From the NCBI RefSeq assembly GCF_028641065.1, contig NC_073393.1:16492001-16556000 (forward strand): 64,000 nt of DNA, given 5' to 3'. The notes beneath the pieces are model-generated. The model saw nothing but the letters and a program-made list of their open reading frames with translations, had not been told where the DNA came from and searched no databases. The position numbers and the translations under genes were made by a program. How positions within the stretch are numbered: position 1 is the first letter of the stretch; every line of letters starts with the position of its first letter. Source of the DNA: Leucoraja erinacea. Its lineage: Eukaryota. Below are positions 42,501 to 53,947 of the stretch, piece after piece.

Positions 42501-44405
42501 AGTAGTGAAGAAGCAGGCCTCTCTCTCCACCATTGGGTTTTATTTTGCCAGTCTAACATATTGCAATCATCCATAACATTCACTTGTGCAAGTGTGGCTG
42601 TTGGATATGAACCCACACCACTTGCACAAGAGGTATTTATAGGATTGAGGCCTATTTTTACACTGCTAGAATTTAGTTGGTCTGTGGCTGTGGGGTGCAT
42701 GAATCTGCTTGTGCGGTAGCCTGCTAATCTTCCAATGTGTTTTACCATTGCCAACTGCCGTTGAACCCATTTTCTCTCCAACTCCCCTCCCCCTCCACCA
42801 AAATTCTCACAATTCCATTGTCCTCTCCCAAATCCACACCTACCTCCTCTACCTTAGGAGCTGTTAAACTTTGTTTTTTTGATAATGTTCAGGAGCTAAG
42901 AATTAATGTTGGGTCAAAGACATGATCATTGCTTGTGCTGAATTTACAATTGAATGGATGAGTGGGTAAAGATTTTGGTGCTTTGAGAGGAAATGTCGGA
43001 AAGTTCTCATTCAATTGTAATTACTAGAAGTAAATTAATTTGTCACAAAAACTTCAACTGAAATTGAAGAAATGGGAAGGGAGTATATGGCTTAAAATGT
43101 AGAGATGTTTAAATTTATGAATAACTCTTGAAAAAAAAATTGTTCTGCATGTCAGTCAAAAAGAGAAACTCTTTAAATCCATGAACAGCCAAATTAAAGA
43201 ATTGATGCTAGAGTGTCGCTAAGAGGGCAAGCTGGCATGTAAGCCCATCCAAAATATTAAATGTTACCAAGGTACATCTGTTAGGAGTTGGGAGAATTTG
43301 GAAGAAATTTTGAAGATGTGTCAAAGATTAGGTTTTTATGCCAGATTGTTTCTAGAGTGTTTTTACAGTTAGAATTGGAATACAAAGTTGTGGGATGCTG
43401 AAGATGTTTAATAGACAAAAGCCATAAAATGCATGCTATTGGTTTACCTTTTGCCCATACTGAAGTTTTAAAATTTGCAATGTTTTAATGTAGTAACTAA
43501 AAAATTGGGCAAAATTCCAATGAAGTTGCATGACGGAATTTGTTATTTGCGATGAATGCAACAAAATAATCACCAGTAACATGGCCTGTGTGATGCATGT
43601 CTAAGCTGATCGGAGTAAATGTATTTGCAGCTTAAAATCTGCAGGAAATACTGGAAGTCATCCAGTGTCTGTGGCGAGACACATTTTAAGTTTCTGGTCA
43701 AGGATTCCTTATCAGAAATGGAAAACTGAGAAGACAAGCGTGTTTTAAGTCATGGAGAGAACATGAGTGTCTAATGCAATCGGTATTGTCACGGTAACAT
43801 TGAGTTAAAGATCAGCAGTAGGAGGCATGAAGAAGAAATGAAACATATTTGATATAAAGTATACCTACATCTGTAGAAGATACTGTAGGTGAGATAGGGG
43901 GTTACTTGAATTTGTTCCATTTAATGTGCAAACCCTATGAATGCTATGCACAAAACTTGTTTCGTAAAGAAAGACTGCTTGGTTCCGTGGATGTTGAGAT
44001 AGATGTAAAATAGCAGGTGCCAAATCTTCGTTTGGATGGGATATTGTGAGATGGAGAATGGTTTGTAACAGGACATTTAAGGGGATATCCCTTTGGAATG
44101 TTGAAGGGGATGGGAATGTGGGTTGGTGGCGGAATCCTGTTGGAGGAGGCAGAAATATTGAAGGATGATCTGCCGAATTTGGGTGGAAGATGACATACTT
44201 ATCGAAAAAAGGGTGAGTGAAGTGCAGGAAATGGAGATGTGGTTGACAATTATGTCTGACGGATTGGCAGCCATAGGGAAAGGGAGGATTAATGCTGGGG
44301 AGTTGATGAGCCTCTGATGGATACTGGGAACTAAACTGTCACCTGAGATGGGCAAAGGGGTGCACCCAGACTCACACGTGCTCACGCACACGCACACCCA
44401 CACAC

Positions 44406-44450
<45 letters not shown>

Positions 44451-47400
44451 ATATATATGACAGTAAACCTTGAATCTACACACAGCTGAGCGTGGCCTCT
44501 CCACTGTGGGGCTTCTGCAGTCAGCAGCACTTCAGCGTGACCTCTGCACTTACCAGAAATTATGCAATCAGCGGGCCCTCTGCACTCCCCGGAAATTACG
44601 CAGTCAGTGCGACCTGTCCAAAATGCGAAATGAGCGGGACTTTTGGACTAAACGCAGTCGGACCTAATAAAACATTGCACTTTCAAGCACAGGCAGGGCA
44701 GCAGACCAAACAACTCATGGGATTGTCATTAAGAGCTAACAAATCATTTATTGCAAGTACATTGCAGACTCACAGTTCAGTTGATTCACGCCTTAGAATG
44801 ACAGCCGTGGCCTCTCCCTCACGATCTTGCAGAGTGACTGACTCATGTCCAGGCATCCGGGGTTTTATAGACCTGCCCCCTCCACACCCCCACCACACCA
44901 CACCGGAAGGGGCGTTACTTTCATTGTGGTGATAGACGAGAGGACCAATCAGCTGATCTCATGGTTTTTTAAACTCGTAAAAAAAAAAAAAAATTTCACC
45001 GATGGGAATAATCCTCAAGGCTGGCTCAGCGGAGGAAGACTGTGAATAAGACCGCTAAAAATCACAGCGATACAGGGTAGCGTTTTTTCTGATTTTTTCT
45101 AAAATCGATATACAGCGCAGACAGGAAGTGGTCAAGATGAGACTTTTAATTAAATAGATTTCTCAGGACTGCACAATGGAAAAATATATTTAGCAGCTGT
45201 GGTCTCGGCTTCAGCAACCTGAGTTCAATCCTGACCGTGGGCGCTGTCTGCATTGAGTTTGTGTGTTCTTCCTGTAACTGAGTTTTCTCCCAGATGCTCT
45301 GCTTTCCTCCCACATCACAACGATTTGCAGGTCGGTAAGTTAATTAGCTCTGTAAAATTCTCCTGGCACAAGGTGGGATGTTGATTGTAATGTGGGGTGA
45401 ATAGTTTAAATGAAGAATTTGCAGAATTGGGTTGCTGTTTGGGCTGGTGTGGATGTGATGGGCCGAAATTGCCTCCTTCCATATTTGCGCATTATTTCAG
45501 CAGATCTTGAGTCATATTAGTGTTTGGGAGGAATGATGAGGTGTCTGAGAGCTGACATTTGGCTTCTTCTGAGATAGACACTGGCAATTCCCTTCAGCAG
45601 GTTCAAATGTACTTGAAAGGTTAAAGGTATATGTTTCGGATCATGTTGCTGCTTTACTATTTGTACTTTGTAGCTGTTAGTATTGTATGGAAACGCATCA
45701 GTCAATTAAAAGTTTGCTGTTGAATCAGAAGAAAGCATTTCATTTTAACACCAGGTACAGGAAAATGCCTGAGGCTTGTGCCTCAAGATTGATTTGTCAC
45801 CTCTCCCCTTCACAACACATCAGCATGCCTTGTTCGTGATTGTACTTTTCTTTACAAGCTGAAATGCAATCTTTACTGTGCATAACATGGTGAATCTAAT
45901 GCTTTGGTTTGTTTCTAGAATTGTACTTCTCAGAACCAATCACCTGAAGGAAAGAGTTCATGTTGTATTCTTTTTCCTTTTCAGAAAACAAACTTACAGT
46001 CGCCTGGTGAGTTAATGGAAATCAACATTTGCATAAAATACAATTATTGAATGTTATTGTCACTGCATTAGTAGTTTAAAAAAAAATCTAATCTCTTTCT
46101 GTGCAGTAGTGTACAATCATACAATCACAATAGATCTTACGATGACCATTCACTTGTATCTTTCACCAGAATTTTCTTGTTTTGATCTGGACCTTATGGT
46201 GCAGTGATTGAATCCTCTGTTAACTACACAAAGTGGGTGCACCACTGTTGCTATTGTGATAATATAACTCTATAGGTTATCATTGTATTTAAATACCATG
46301 TAGTAACATTGTAACCATCTAAGATTGTTTTTCTTACTGCAGATTGGAGTAGGTATGAGCTACTAATTTTACTTCAAATGTTATTTGTCATATTAAGTCA
46401 AATGAAAGAAGACGCTAAGTACTTGAGCAGGCACATGAATGGAGAAGCAGGCTTGTTCCTGGTTTTCTGGACATATAGATGTATAGATTGGGATTTGCCT
46501 ATCTTTTCCTTTGTCCCTGCCCAATCCACTATATTTACGGCACTTGTCAGTGGTCAATATGTCTTTTTGCAGAGCATAGGACCTTTTTTTCTTTTGGGGT
46601 GCGGAAGCTGTTGTAATCCTATCCACCTTGTAGTGGAGATCTGCAGAATGGCATATGACTTTCTTATTTCCCATTGATCAGTATTGCTTGCAATGAATAT
46701 ATGGTTTGTGAATGACCAGATGGAACATGGGCATAGGTAAATTATTCATCCAGTGCTGCCTTTCAAGTATTTCATGGCCTGTCTAGATCCATTTTTGCTT
46801 AACGATTTCATTATCCTTAAATCTATCTTAGCATTAAATGTTTATTCGACCTAAACAGTTTTGTGAAAACAGCCTTGTATTTCACTATTCTTCATGCTCA
46901 TTGTGGATGCCCTTAAATATTCTTGTTCTAATTTAACACTCTACCTTTGTTGTTTACTTCATTACTGCTCACTTAACACTTGCTTGCACTTTCCACTGTT
47001 CTTTGTAGGTGCTAGTCCTGTTCTTGGCAGTTCGATACGTGCCAGTAGGTTTGTACTGGTTGGGTCTCACACAATCACTCTGGCATCTCTGGGCAAAGAC
47101 AAGTTTGCACTGGACAAAGTAAGTCTTGAGTTTTCAATATGTTGGTCATAGGCGGTATGTTTCTTTTCCGAGGCTCCGCCATACGCTACTCCCACTAGTT
47201 CCCCTTCCCCTCCCCCTCCCTCTTGTTCCATCTGCTACCACATCTCATTCAGTTCCATTCATCACTTTCCCTTCCTATCAGATTCTAGAATCTGTAGCTG
47301 CTTGTTCTCCTCTCATTGCCTCCCATCCTCTGCTATCTCCACCCCTCCCTCCCCACCAGATTTCTCTATCAACCTCTTTACGTCTGTATCCAAAATCGCC

Positions 47401-50400
47401 TGCTAACTCTTGCCCTGCCCCTTTCACCCCTGCACCCCCACCTCTTTATACTGGTTACTTCCCCTTTACCATATCCGTCCAGATGAAGGGTTTTGACCCA
47501 AAATTGACCCATGGAGATGGTGGTTGTAGCTGGAGGAATGATCTGGTCCAAACTAGGGACAAAAATGTGATTTAAGATCATCTCAGATTTCTAAATTGCT
47601 GAAACTTCATAATTGATGTGAAAAAGCTACTTATTTTAACTACTAAACCAGGTTCGCTTCTTAATAAACAGACACCACACAAACTGTTTGGTAGACCAGT
47701 TCAAAACTTTACTTAACATCGGCCGATGGAAGGGAGGGAGAACTCCAGTCAAGTGACCAACACAGACGCTTGACTGTCCTCAGCCACCTTCTCTGAACAA
47801 CAGAATTACATTGACTTAAATAGGGTTTTCTTGTCCCCTTATCACATTCCACAGACATTAGTCATGGTCAGAGGTACTGGAAAAGGTTTCCACAGAATGC
47901 ATCACATCAAACCTTTTTTTTACATGGTACAAGATATACTAAAAACATTGTCCCATTTGTTTATCTCCAATAAGAGACCACCCTAGCTCTCTTTCGCTGC
48001 TTCCTACTGTCATTTGGTCCCTCATAAACAGGTATTTGTTTACAAAGATGTGACTGTTTATTTCTCTCTTGGATTATTGCCTTTAACTCCCCCATAAATC
48101 CTTGTTCATTTGATTTTCTGGCATCTTACTTTCAAAGATAGCTCTCTAGCTCCTTCACTTGGGACATCATGGGCTCGTCATCACACACCCCCTTGTCCTT
48201 TCACTAAGCCTAATTTGAATGCTGAACGTATAAAGCTCTAAGCTAGCCAGAAGCCAATTTAATATCTTCTTATATTTTTAACTAAAACACGGCTTCATCA
48301 GATGGGGCAATTTATGAATGAGACCATTAATCTGCGCCAGTCAAATTTTTAATCCTTGAAGGCATAAATTGTGCAGCTCTTAAGTACGCTTTTCATATGT
48401 TGAGTTCTGTGCAGCGAACTTCCCTGTCTTTCTTACCACGGTTTTGGTGGTATCACTCTCTTGATTTTTAGCATGCTGGATTTCTCATAATGTGAATCTT
48501 TGAGCTTCTCATTACCTTTTCAACCAAGCTATTCAATTGTTGAAACTGTTTAGTGCTTCCACGATAGAATTTAGCCTGGTGATTGACATTTTAGACAGTA
48601 TCTTTACCCAAAGAAAGATAACTTTACATTTTTTTGTAAGCAGTAACAATTTTGATTTACTATTTGTTCTTAAGGATTTAGTAGACTTGTATCCAATTGA
48701 TTTTTGGCTGTTTTATAAGAGAATTATGGGTAGACAATAAATTTCCAACTTCCAAATACTGGAGTCTAAGAAGTAGAAACAGGCTATCCAACATTTCAAG
48801 CCTTCTCTTGCATATTAAAATCATGGCTGGATTTTTGATTTAACTCTTTCTGCCCCATCCTGGTTATTTTGATTCTTGTAGGACCATAAAACTAAATATA
48901 CAGCTTACCTGTGAGATATTCAACTCGTACATCATGGGCTCGTCATTTCTTTCCATCTTGTCCATTTTCACTACTTTGCATCAGGAAGGCTGAATGTATA
49001 AAGAATGCCTGCCACCCATTCCTTTCTCCTACTTTCTTGGAAAAGTTGCCTGGGCAGCTTCTTTCCTACTGCTATCAGACTCCTGAACCAATCAGTCTCT
49101 TTTAGATCCCTGCCAGCATCAATTATGCCAAAGTGGTGGAGAGCTTCACGTTCCTAACCATAAATATCACCAACGATTTGTCCTGGACCAACCACGTTGA
49201 AGCTATGGCCAAGTAAGCACAGCAATACCTCTACCTCCTCAGAAGACTAAGCAATTTTGGCATGTCTCCATGATTATTACCAACTTCTACAGATGCACTA
49301 TAATAAGCATCCTTTTGGGAGATGCATCTCAGCTTGGTTTGGCAACATCTCTGCCCAAAACTGCAAAAAAAATTGCAGTTGTGAAACTAACCTAGCCAAT
49401 CACCCAAACCAGCCTCTTCCTCCTTGCCTCTGCATATTCACTATAGTGAGGGGTGCAAACCTCTCACTAGACACTTGTAATAGAATAGCTACAATATGAC
49501 TATTATACAATCAAGTCTCTCGTTGCAGTCTAATGAACATAGGGGTAGAAGCAGGAGTAGCTCAACAAGGCCGCCTTGCGTTGCACGGGCATAGCTGACC
49601 TTTTTATCTCTCTTGGCCTGTCTGTTCCCTTAACCTCAAACTTCTCATCAGCCTTGAATGTACCAGGCTACACAGCTCCCTTGGGTGGAAAATGCTAAAG
49701 ATTTGCCACTACCTGAGTGATGAACTTTCCCCTCGATCCTGTCCTGATTAGGAACCAATGGTCAGTCAGACAACCCACCCAGCCGTCTTTCCTTCCTCTT
49801 CATCGTGGGTCTGAATTTCAGACAGCACACCCCTGCTTTCCCTGGCCCCCGCCTTTGCGATGTGTGTGTTCGCGGTCGGTCGATCCAGCTCGCGGTTTCT
49901 ACCCTGATGGTCGATCCAGCTTGAGGTTTTCCAGGCGAGTGCCCTCCAGCTTGAAGGTTGAAGACACTCTTCTTAACTCGCGGAATAGGTCGCTGCAGTG
50001 GGACAGCCCCTCTAGTATTCTAAACGTACCTAAGCTAAGGAATGTGAACGCCTTATGCGCAAATATACAGGCAATTCTTCCCTGATGCTGTGCAATGTTT
50101 GCGCCTCAGACCTGAACTCAACAACTCTAAAATTCCTTGGATTGCACGTGTACTGCAGGGATGTTGCCAGTTATCATCCCCGCTACTCACAGATGCATAT
50201 ATGCTTAACACCAAGTAACATTTATGCTCTGAAAGCTATTTAGAATTTGATGCTGCTATGAAACTTAATACCCCAGTTAAAGTTTGCAACTAATCTCAAA
50301 AGGCTGTGTTAGGCTAAACATGAAACGCAGGATCAGTCCTTCCACTGAGTTTTGCTTTTGATGGAAATGGCTACTTTGTGATGCTCTTCTCAATGGGTAG

Positions 50401-53400
50401 CTGGTCATTGTGAATTATCTTTGTGGAAAACTTCTAGTGCTCATTCTTGTGATTGTTCACATAATGTCTGAGCTGCATATTAGTCAGTGGAACTTGTGAG
50501 AACAGATGAGGTCTCTTAAGAGCTATCCAGAGATGGTTCCTCTTTTTAAAACAAAACTTGCAAGGCAAGGTGTAAATGTCAATTAATTTTTGCTTGTGCT
50601 CTCTTTACTATAGATGAAGCTTGATGGAAAAGTCAGGCAACTGCTTGGAGATGAGTTTCAGGAAAAGGTTGCTGCAGTTAACTAATATCAAGATGCTTCT
50701 AATCATTAGATTTTCCTTTGTGTATCACAGCTTTAGTTTGTGACTAGAAAATGTATTTTGGATTGCCTGCTATTTGCAAAAGCAAAATTTGTTCTTTGTT
50801 CTAATATTTAAATTTCATACAGTAGTGGCTGTATATTACACTAAATTGTGATTTTCATTTTGGAGTGTGTGGAAATGGATAACTTGCATATATTCTCTAG
50901 TCCAAACTACAGCTTTGTGCAAAGTAGCAGTAGCTGATCCAGCTGGTTGGAATTTCCTCCATTTCTGCCTTGATTTTGTATGGTTCTATTTTGAATTTTT
51001 TCAAGCATAACAGGGGCATAGTGCAGAAGTTGCCTGGACTGAGCTATGGCTTGCTTCCCTATTTATTGCACTTGCAAAATTCTCATTCTGGTTCCTTACA
51101 GTGTGTTTAACCTTTACTAATTTTATTATTCCATACGTATGTGAGCTTGTTTCTATTCTTGTTAGCTTTCTGTTGTTGGGCTGGAATTAAATATATGACG
51201 GTGTACTGTAAAATTAGTTATCCTGAAGTACTAATGCATTTCCTTTACCTAAATGCAGGTCCCATTCCTATCCCCCCTTGAAGGTGCCGTATATTTGAAA
51301 CTGCAGTGCCATTTTCACTCCACCATTGAGTATTCGGGATTCCTGGTAATTACTGATTTTTAAAGTTTTTTTTTGGTGAATGTATTACAAATAGGATATT
51401 GATGCAACTTGGTTTCTTCCCACTGCTGCTCAGTCTACCAAACATCCATTTAAAGATGTGTGTCAATATAGAACAGCAATGCCTGAAGTATTCTTTTGTG
51501 TACAATGGATTCTCCAATAAATTTGTCTTTTGTTGACCAAGCAGCGCAATAAGAAGTTTCCAAAGCTGTTTTGCCTAGTTCTTGAATATGGAATCATTTT
51601 GTACTGATACTGCCTCTTTTCACAGACTATATTTGAGGATGTGAGTGGGTTTGGTGCATGGCATCGCCGGTGGTTTGTGTTGTCTGGCAACACACTTTCC
51701 TATTGGACTTACCCCAATGAAGAGAAACACACGGTGATTAATAACATACAACTTTTTCACTACAGATTTGTACTCTATCCAAATCAATTGGATGATTTGC
51801 CACTTCAAAATGAAGTAGAATAGTAAAAATCAAGACTAAATGGAAATCTATTTCTCCTTTGCTTAAATTAATAGTAATTAATATTACTATGCAAGTTCAC
51901 AATTTATCTGCACTTTCACTGTTTACAGTGAAAGACTGACTATGATGGAAGACTACTTTCATTATAGACTCCCCTTGATAATCCTGTTTAAACCATATGA
52001 TTCCAAAGGTACTAGCAATATTTTTACTTATTAAATTGAAATTCTTTATATAATCTGGTAGATAGCAGAGCATCTGAACACTGGGCCATCGTGGCTGGGC
52101 TTGATCCTATTTCCCATATCTGTATGCAAGAGCATTGAATAGAAACTCCAGCAGATTTTATTTGCTCTTCAGTCCATGACCTTGAGATTAATTACAGGTT
52201 CTCAGCCTTGACTGGGATCCACAAATTCACCAATATTAATCATTTTAGATTCCACGGTTTATTTTGTATTTTTAAGGATACGATACTGGTCATTGTTGTG
52301 GTTTTGGTGTACCCGGGAAACAATAAATGATTCAAGATTTGGGAAATTCTCTGAATGCTTTGGAATGTAGTGTACATGTACATCTTTTGGGCTTCAGCTC
52401 AAATACCTGCTATTAAAATTTGTGTAGTGTGGTGTAATTAGTTACTTTGAATTGCTGGCCATATCACAACAATTTATACATTTGTATTATGATACGATAT
52501 AACTTTATTTATCCCAGGAAATTAATGCATTGGAAAACTTTATTTTGTCCAGAAACCTATTGGGTGCATTAACTTGGCCAACTGTACCACAGACAAGATT
52601 GAACCTGCCAATCGTGAGTTCTGTTCCAGACCTAAAACCTTGGAGCTGATTACAGCATCGCCTCTGTCTAAAGATGATCATGAAACACTAATTGTACATT
52701 GTCGAGACAATTTCTGCTTTACCAAGTAAGTTGGATTAGCCATTATTATATGCTTAATTTTGAAATGGCTTGTACTCGCTAGAATTTAGAAGATTGAGGG
52801 GGGATCTTATAGAAACGTACAAAACTTAAGGGGTTGGACAGGCTAGATGCAGGAAAATTGTTCCCGATGTTGGGGAAGTCCAGAACAAGGGGTCACAGTT
52901 TAAGGATAAGGGGGAAATCTTTTGGGACTGAGATGAGAAAAACATTTTTCACACAGAGAGTGGTGAGTCTCTGGAATTCTCTGCCACAGAAGGTAGTTGA
53001 GGCCAATTCATTGGCTATATTGAAGAGGAAGTTAGATGTGGCTAAGGGGATCAGGGGATATGGAGAGAAGGCAGGTACAGGATACTGAGTTGGATGATCA
53101 GCCATGATCATATTGAATGGCGGTGCAGGCTCGAAGAGCCGAATGGCCTACTCCTGAACCTAGTTTCAATGGTTCTATGAAACATTTCTCCAAGCCACTG
53201 CTTCTCAAAAAAGATGCCATTAAACTTTCACCTAATTTCATGGTCCTGGTATATGGGAGAAACATGTTGTTTGACTATCGTCGCATCCATTTTCATCTCT
53301 TTATGGCATTAAATGTTGCTGTCTGGTAGTTCATTAGGCTGTTATGTTTTTTTGTAAACTTCAGATTCGTAGTAGAATCGGTGAATGGTAGACCTTATGT

Positions 53401-53947
53401 TTATGCTGCCCTGTTTTTCCACTTGTTTGTTGAGTTGGTGCAGAACATTCATGGTGATACAGCACAGAACTTGACCCTCTGTCTACACTATTAACCCACT
53501 CATTTGCATTAATCCCATTGTTATTTTCCCTGCACTCATTATTCCCCTCCCCACCAATTCTATCACATGGCAAAATACAACCGATATTTTATGCGGTGGG
53601 GGAAGAGAACCTGTGGTCAGGATTGAAATGTACTGATGCTGAGAGGCAGTGATTGTATTATCTGCATGAATTGCAGTGCCTGCAATGTTGCTAGGAAGAC
53701 TTGGTTTTAAGACAAGACTTTTGCTATGCAAGTGAAATACTTAGTATTTCATAAGAAAAAATTGTATTCAATATGTGGAACACAAACCAATGCTACCTTG
53801 TAACCTGCTACTGCTACTTGCAGAAACTGGCTGTCAGCTGACACGAAAGAAGAGAGGAATTCGTGGATGGAGAAACTTAACCAAGTCCTGATCAACCTCA
53901 GGACATGGCAGCAGATACCACACTTGACATGCAAGGATGGAATCTGA
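10478..53947 (+). CDS. anln: Anillin-family protein (anillin-like), spliced CDS of 24 coding exons, ~952 aa (934 aa without the 54-nt cassette exon)
   Basis: The exon chain has canonical AG/GT sites and matching phases throughout. Anillin-type motifs: [71 protein letters not shown], and PH domain [24 protein letters not shown]...[21 protein letters not shown]. Ortholog vs paralog cannot be settled from this window. Confidence 0.93.
11760..12945 (+). mobile_element. Penelope-like retroelement 3' part (GIY-YIG endonuclease remnant), with a 5' inverted segment and a tandemly repeated terminus
   Basis: [32 protein letters not shown]; terminus CTGAAGAAGGGTCTCGACCTGAAA. Confidence 0.85.
13315..13515 (+). 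CDS. anln: anillin-like exon (SSLDSLK...[14 protein letters not shown])
   Basis: ccag| ... G|GTATGT, phase 1-1. Confidence 0.88.
13660..13769 (+). CDS. anln: anillin-like exon (..[11 protein letters not shown]..)
   Basis: tttag| ... AAG|GTAATT, phase 1-0. Resembles ANLN ..TI.SWEDD. Confidence 0.82.
14945..15011 (+). CDS. anln: anillin-like exon ([22 protein letters not shown])
   Basis: acag| ... AA|GTAAGT, phase 0-1 bridges the neighbouring exons. Confidence 0.75.
15871..16850 (-). mobile_element. Truncated Tc1/mariner DNA transposon, interrupted by a CR1 tail (~16600-16668)
   Basis: TA|CAGTGCATTCAGAAAGTATTCAGAC terminus; transposase fragments WSDET and [24 protein letters not shown]. Confidence 0.92.
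17030..17905 (-). mobile_element. Rex1/Babar-type LINE 3' fragment carrying an internal palindrome
   Basis: [42 protein letters not shown]; the same 3'UTR recurs at 59065-59242. Confidence 0.85.
17150..17453. repeat. Near-perfect inverted repeat, 150-bp arms, 4-nt loop
   Basis: The arms are reverse complements with 4 substitutions; loop AAAC at 17300-17303. Confidence 0.93.
18156..18334 (+). CDS. anln: anillin-like exon (..[23 protein letters not shown]..)
   Basis: tacag| ... AGG|GTAAAC, phase 1-0. TPNTKAIQ is anillin-like. Confidence 0.87.
20617..20724 (+). CDS. anln: anillin-like exon ([12 protein letters not shown]..)
   Basis: ctctag| ... GAG|GTAAGG, phase 0-0. Confidence 0.88.
21320..23050 (+). 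mobile_element. Degenerate CR1 LINE (endonuclease + RT fragments)
   Basis: [19 protein letters not shown]; [31 protein letters not shown]; 3' tail GGCCTCCTCCTGCACCTATTTTCTATG. Confidence 0.88.
23090..23780 (-). mobile_element. Degenerate Rex1/Babar-type LINE fragment
   Basis: Similar to the 6.1-7.0 kb element on the reverse strand; many stops. Confidence 0.6.
23988..24123 (+). CDS. anln: anillin-like exon ([12 protein letters not shown]..)
   Basis: aaag| ... AAG|GTAAGA, phase 0-1. An in-frame alternative AG lies 3 nt downstream. Confidence 0.75.
24857..24991 (+). CDS. anln: anillin-like exon (..[12 protein letters not shown]..)
   Basis: actag| ... CG|GTATGA, phase 1-1. Confidence 0.8.
25125..26450 (-). 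mobile_element. Degenerate CR1 LINE with a nested Penelope terminal fragment (~25775-25890)
   Basis: Reverse-strand remnants of [13 protein letters not shown] and a CR1-type 3' end. Confidence 0.7.
26667..26950 (+). CDS. anln: anillin-like acidic exon (..[19 protein letters not shown]..)
   Basis: tctcag| ... TTG|GTAAGT, phase 1-0. Confidence 0.9.
28931..29380. mobile_element. Non-autonomous PIF/Harbinger-like DNA element with ~45-bp TIRs, nested in a Penelope remnant
   Basis: Left AGGTCCTGTCCCACTGCGGTGACCTAATTGGTGAGCTTAGAAG; right (reverse complement) AGGGCATGTCCCACTGCGGCAACCTAATTGGCGAGTTTAGAAG; flanks TTA/TGA. A related single end at ~49760-50011. Confidence 0.75.
29609..29751 (+). CDS. 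anln: anillin-like exon ([12 protein letters not shown])
   Basis: gtag| ... AG|GTAATA, phase 0-2. Joins to the next exon to give [10 protein letters not shown]. Confidence 0.82.
30170..30970 (+). mobile_element. Degenerate Gypsy LTR-retrotransposon pol fragment
   Basis: [40 protein letters not shown] resembles the RT/RNaseH connection; heavily deleted. Confidence 0.65.
30981..31700. mobile_element. Probable DNA-transposon end fragment (hAT-like)
   Basis: Abrupt start CACGGCTTTCACTTAAC followed by TTGCC/GGCAA sub-terminal motifs; no partner TIR found. Confidence 0.35.
34651..34792 (+). CDS. anln: anillin-like exon ([14 protein letters not shown])
   Basis: cttcag| ... AAG|GTACAG, phase 2-0. 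Confidence 0.9.
35316..35451 (+). CDS. anln: anillin-like exon, Rho-binding part of the AH domain
   Basis: [45 protein letters not shown]; phase 0-1. Confidence 0.95.
36525..36707 (+). CDS. anln: anillin-like exon ([23 protein letters not shown])
   Basis: taaag| ... AAG|GTAAGG, phase 1-1. Confidence 0.93.
37697..37823 (+). CDS. anln: anillin-like exon, C2 region ([20 protein letters not shown]..)
   Basis: ttcag| ... CT|GTGAGT, phase 1-2. Confidence 0.93.
37930..38600 (+). mobile_element. CR1 LINE 3' fragment
   Basis: [40 protein letters not shown]. Confidence 0.9.
39067..39115 (+). CDS. anln: anillin-like exon ([16 protein letters not shown])
   Basis: ccag| ... TTG|GTAAGC, phase 2-0. Confidence 0.92.
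39213..39266 (+). CDS. anln: anillin-like exon ([18 protein letters not shown]), polybasic stretch
   Basis: ctgtag| ... AAG|GTGATG, phase 0-0. Confidence 0.88.
39970..41610 (+). mobile_element. Old CR1 remnant with a younger CR1 3' end nested at ~40340-40820
   Basis: [36 protein letters not shown]; flanks show degraded CR1 ORF2. Confidence 0.8.
42293..42328 (+). CDS. anln: anillin-like 36-nt exon ([12 protein letters not shown])
   Basis: tacag| ... ACT|GTAAGT. Matches ANLN AITPKRLLTSIT. Confidence 0.9.
44385..44449. repeat. (CA)n microsatellite
   Basis: Direct read. Confidence 0.95.
44450..45158 (-). mobile_element. Helitron-like non-autonomous element (5' part)
   Basis: Minus strand A|TCTATTTAATTAAAAG start; internal ~36-bp tandem repeats; CpG-rich relative to the intron. 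Confidence 0.5.
45985..46006 (+). CDS. anln: anillin-like 22-nt microexon (KTNLQSP)
   Basis: Strong pyrimidine tract ttttcag| ... CTG|GTGAGT. Needed to bridge phase 0 to 1. Confidence 0.85.
47009..47118 (+). CDS. anln: anillin-like exon (..[27 protein letters not shown])
   Basis: tgtag| ... AAA|GTAAGT, phase 1-0. Confidence 0.93.
47615..48290. mobile_element. Possible solo LTR (ERV-like), reverse orientation
   Basis: Composition and layout only; ends and TSD not resolved. Confidence 0.3.
50614..50667 (+). CDS. anln: Probable alternative cassette exon ([18 protein letters not shown])
   Basis: ctatag| ... AAG|GTTGCT (weak donor), 54 nt, phase 0-0. Confidence 0.7.
51259..51345 (+). CDS. anln: anillin-like exon ([20 protein letters not shown])
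   Basis: tgcag| ... CTG|GTAATT, phase 0-0. Confidence 0.95.
51626..51733 (+). CDS. anln: anillin-like PH-domain exon ([21 protein letters not shown]..)
   Basis: cacag| ... ACG|GTGATT, phase 0-0. Confidence 0.95.
52553..52725 (+). CDS. anln: anillin-like PH-domain exon ([27 protein letters not shown]..)
   Basis: tccag| ... AA|GTAAGT, phase 0-2. Confidence 0.95.
52768..53180 (+). mobile_element. CR1 LINE 3' end
   Basis: Near-identical to 40400-40820. Further tails at ~3025-3240 (-) and 24290-24520 (-). Confidence 0.9.
53824..53947 (+). CDS. anln: anillin-like last coding exon ([31 protein letters not shown])
   Basis: tgcag|; TGA at 53945-53947. Confidence 0.95.
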
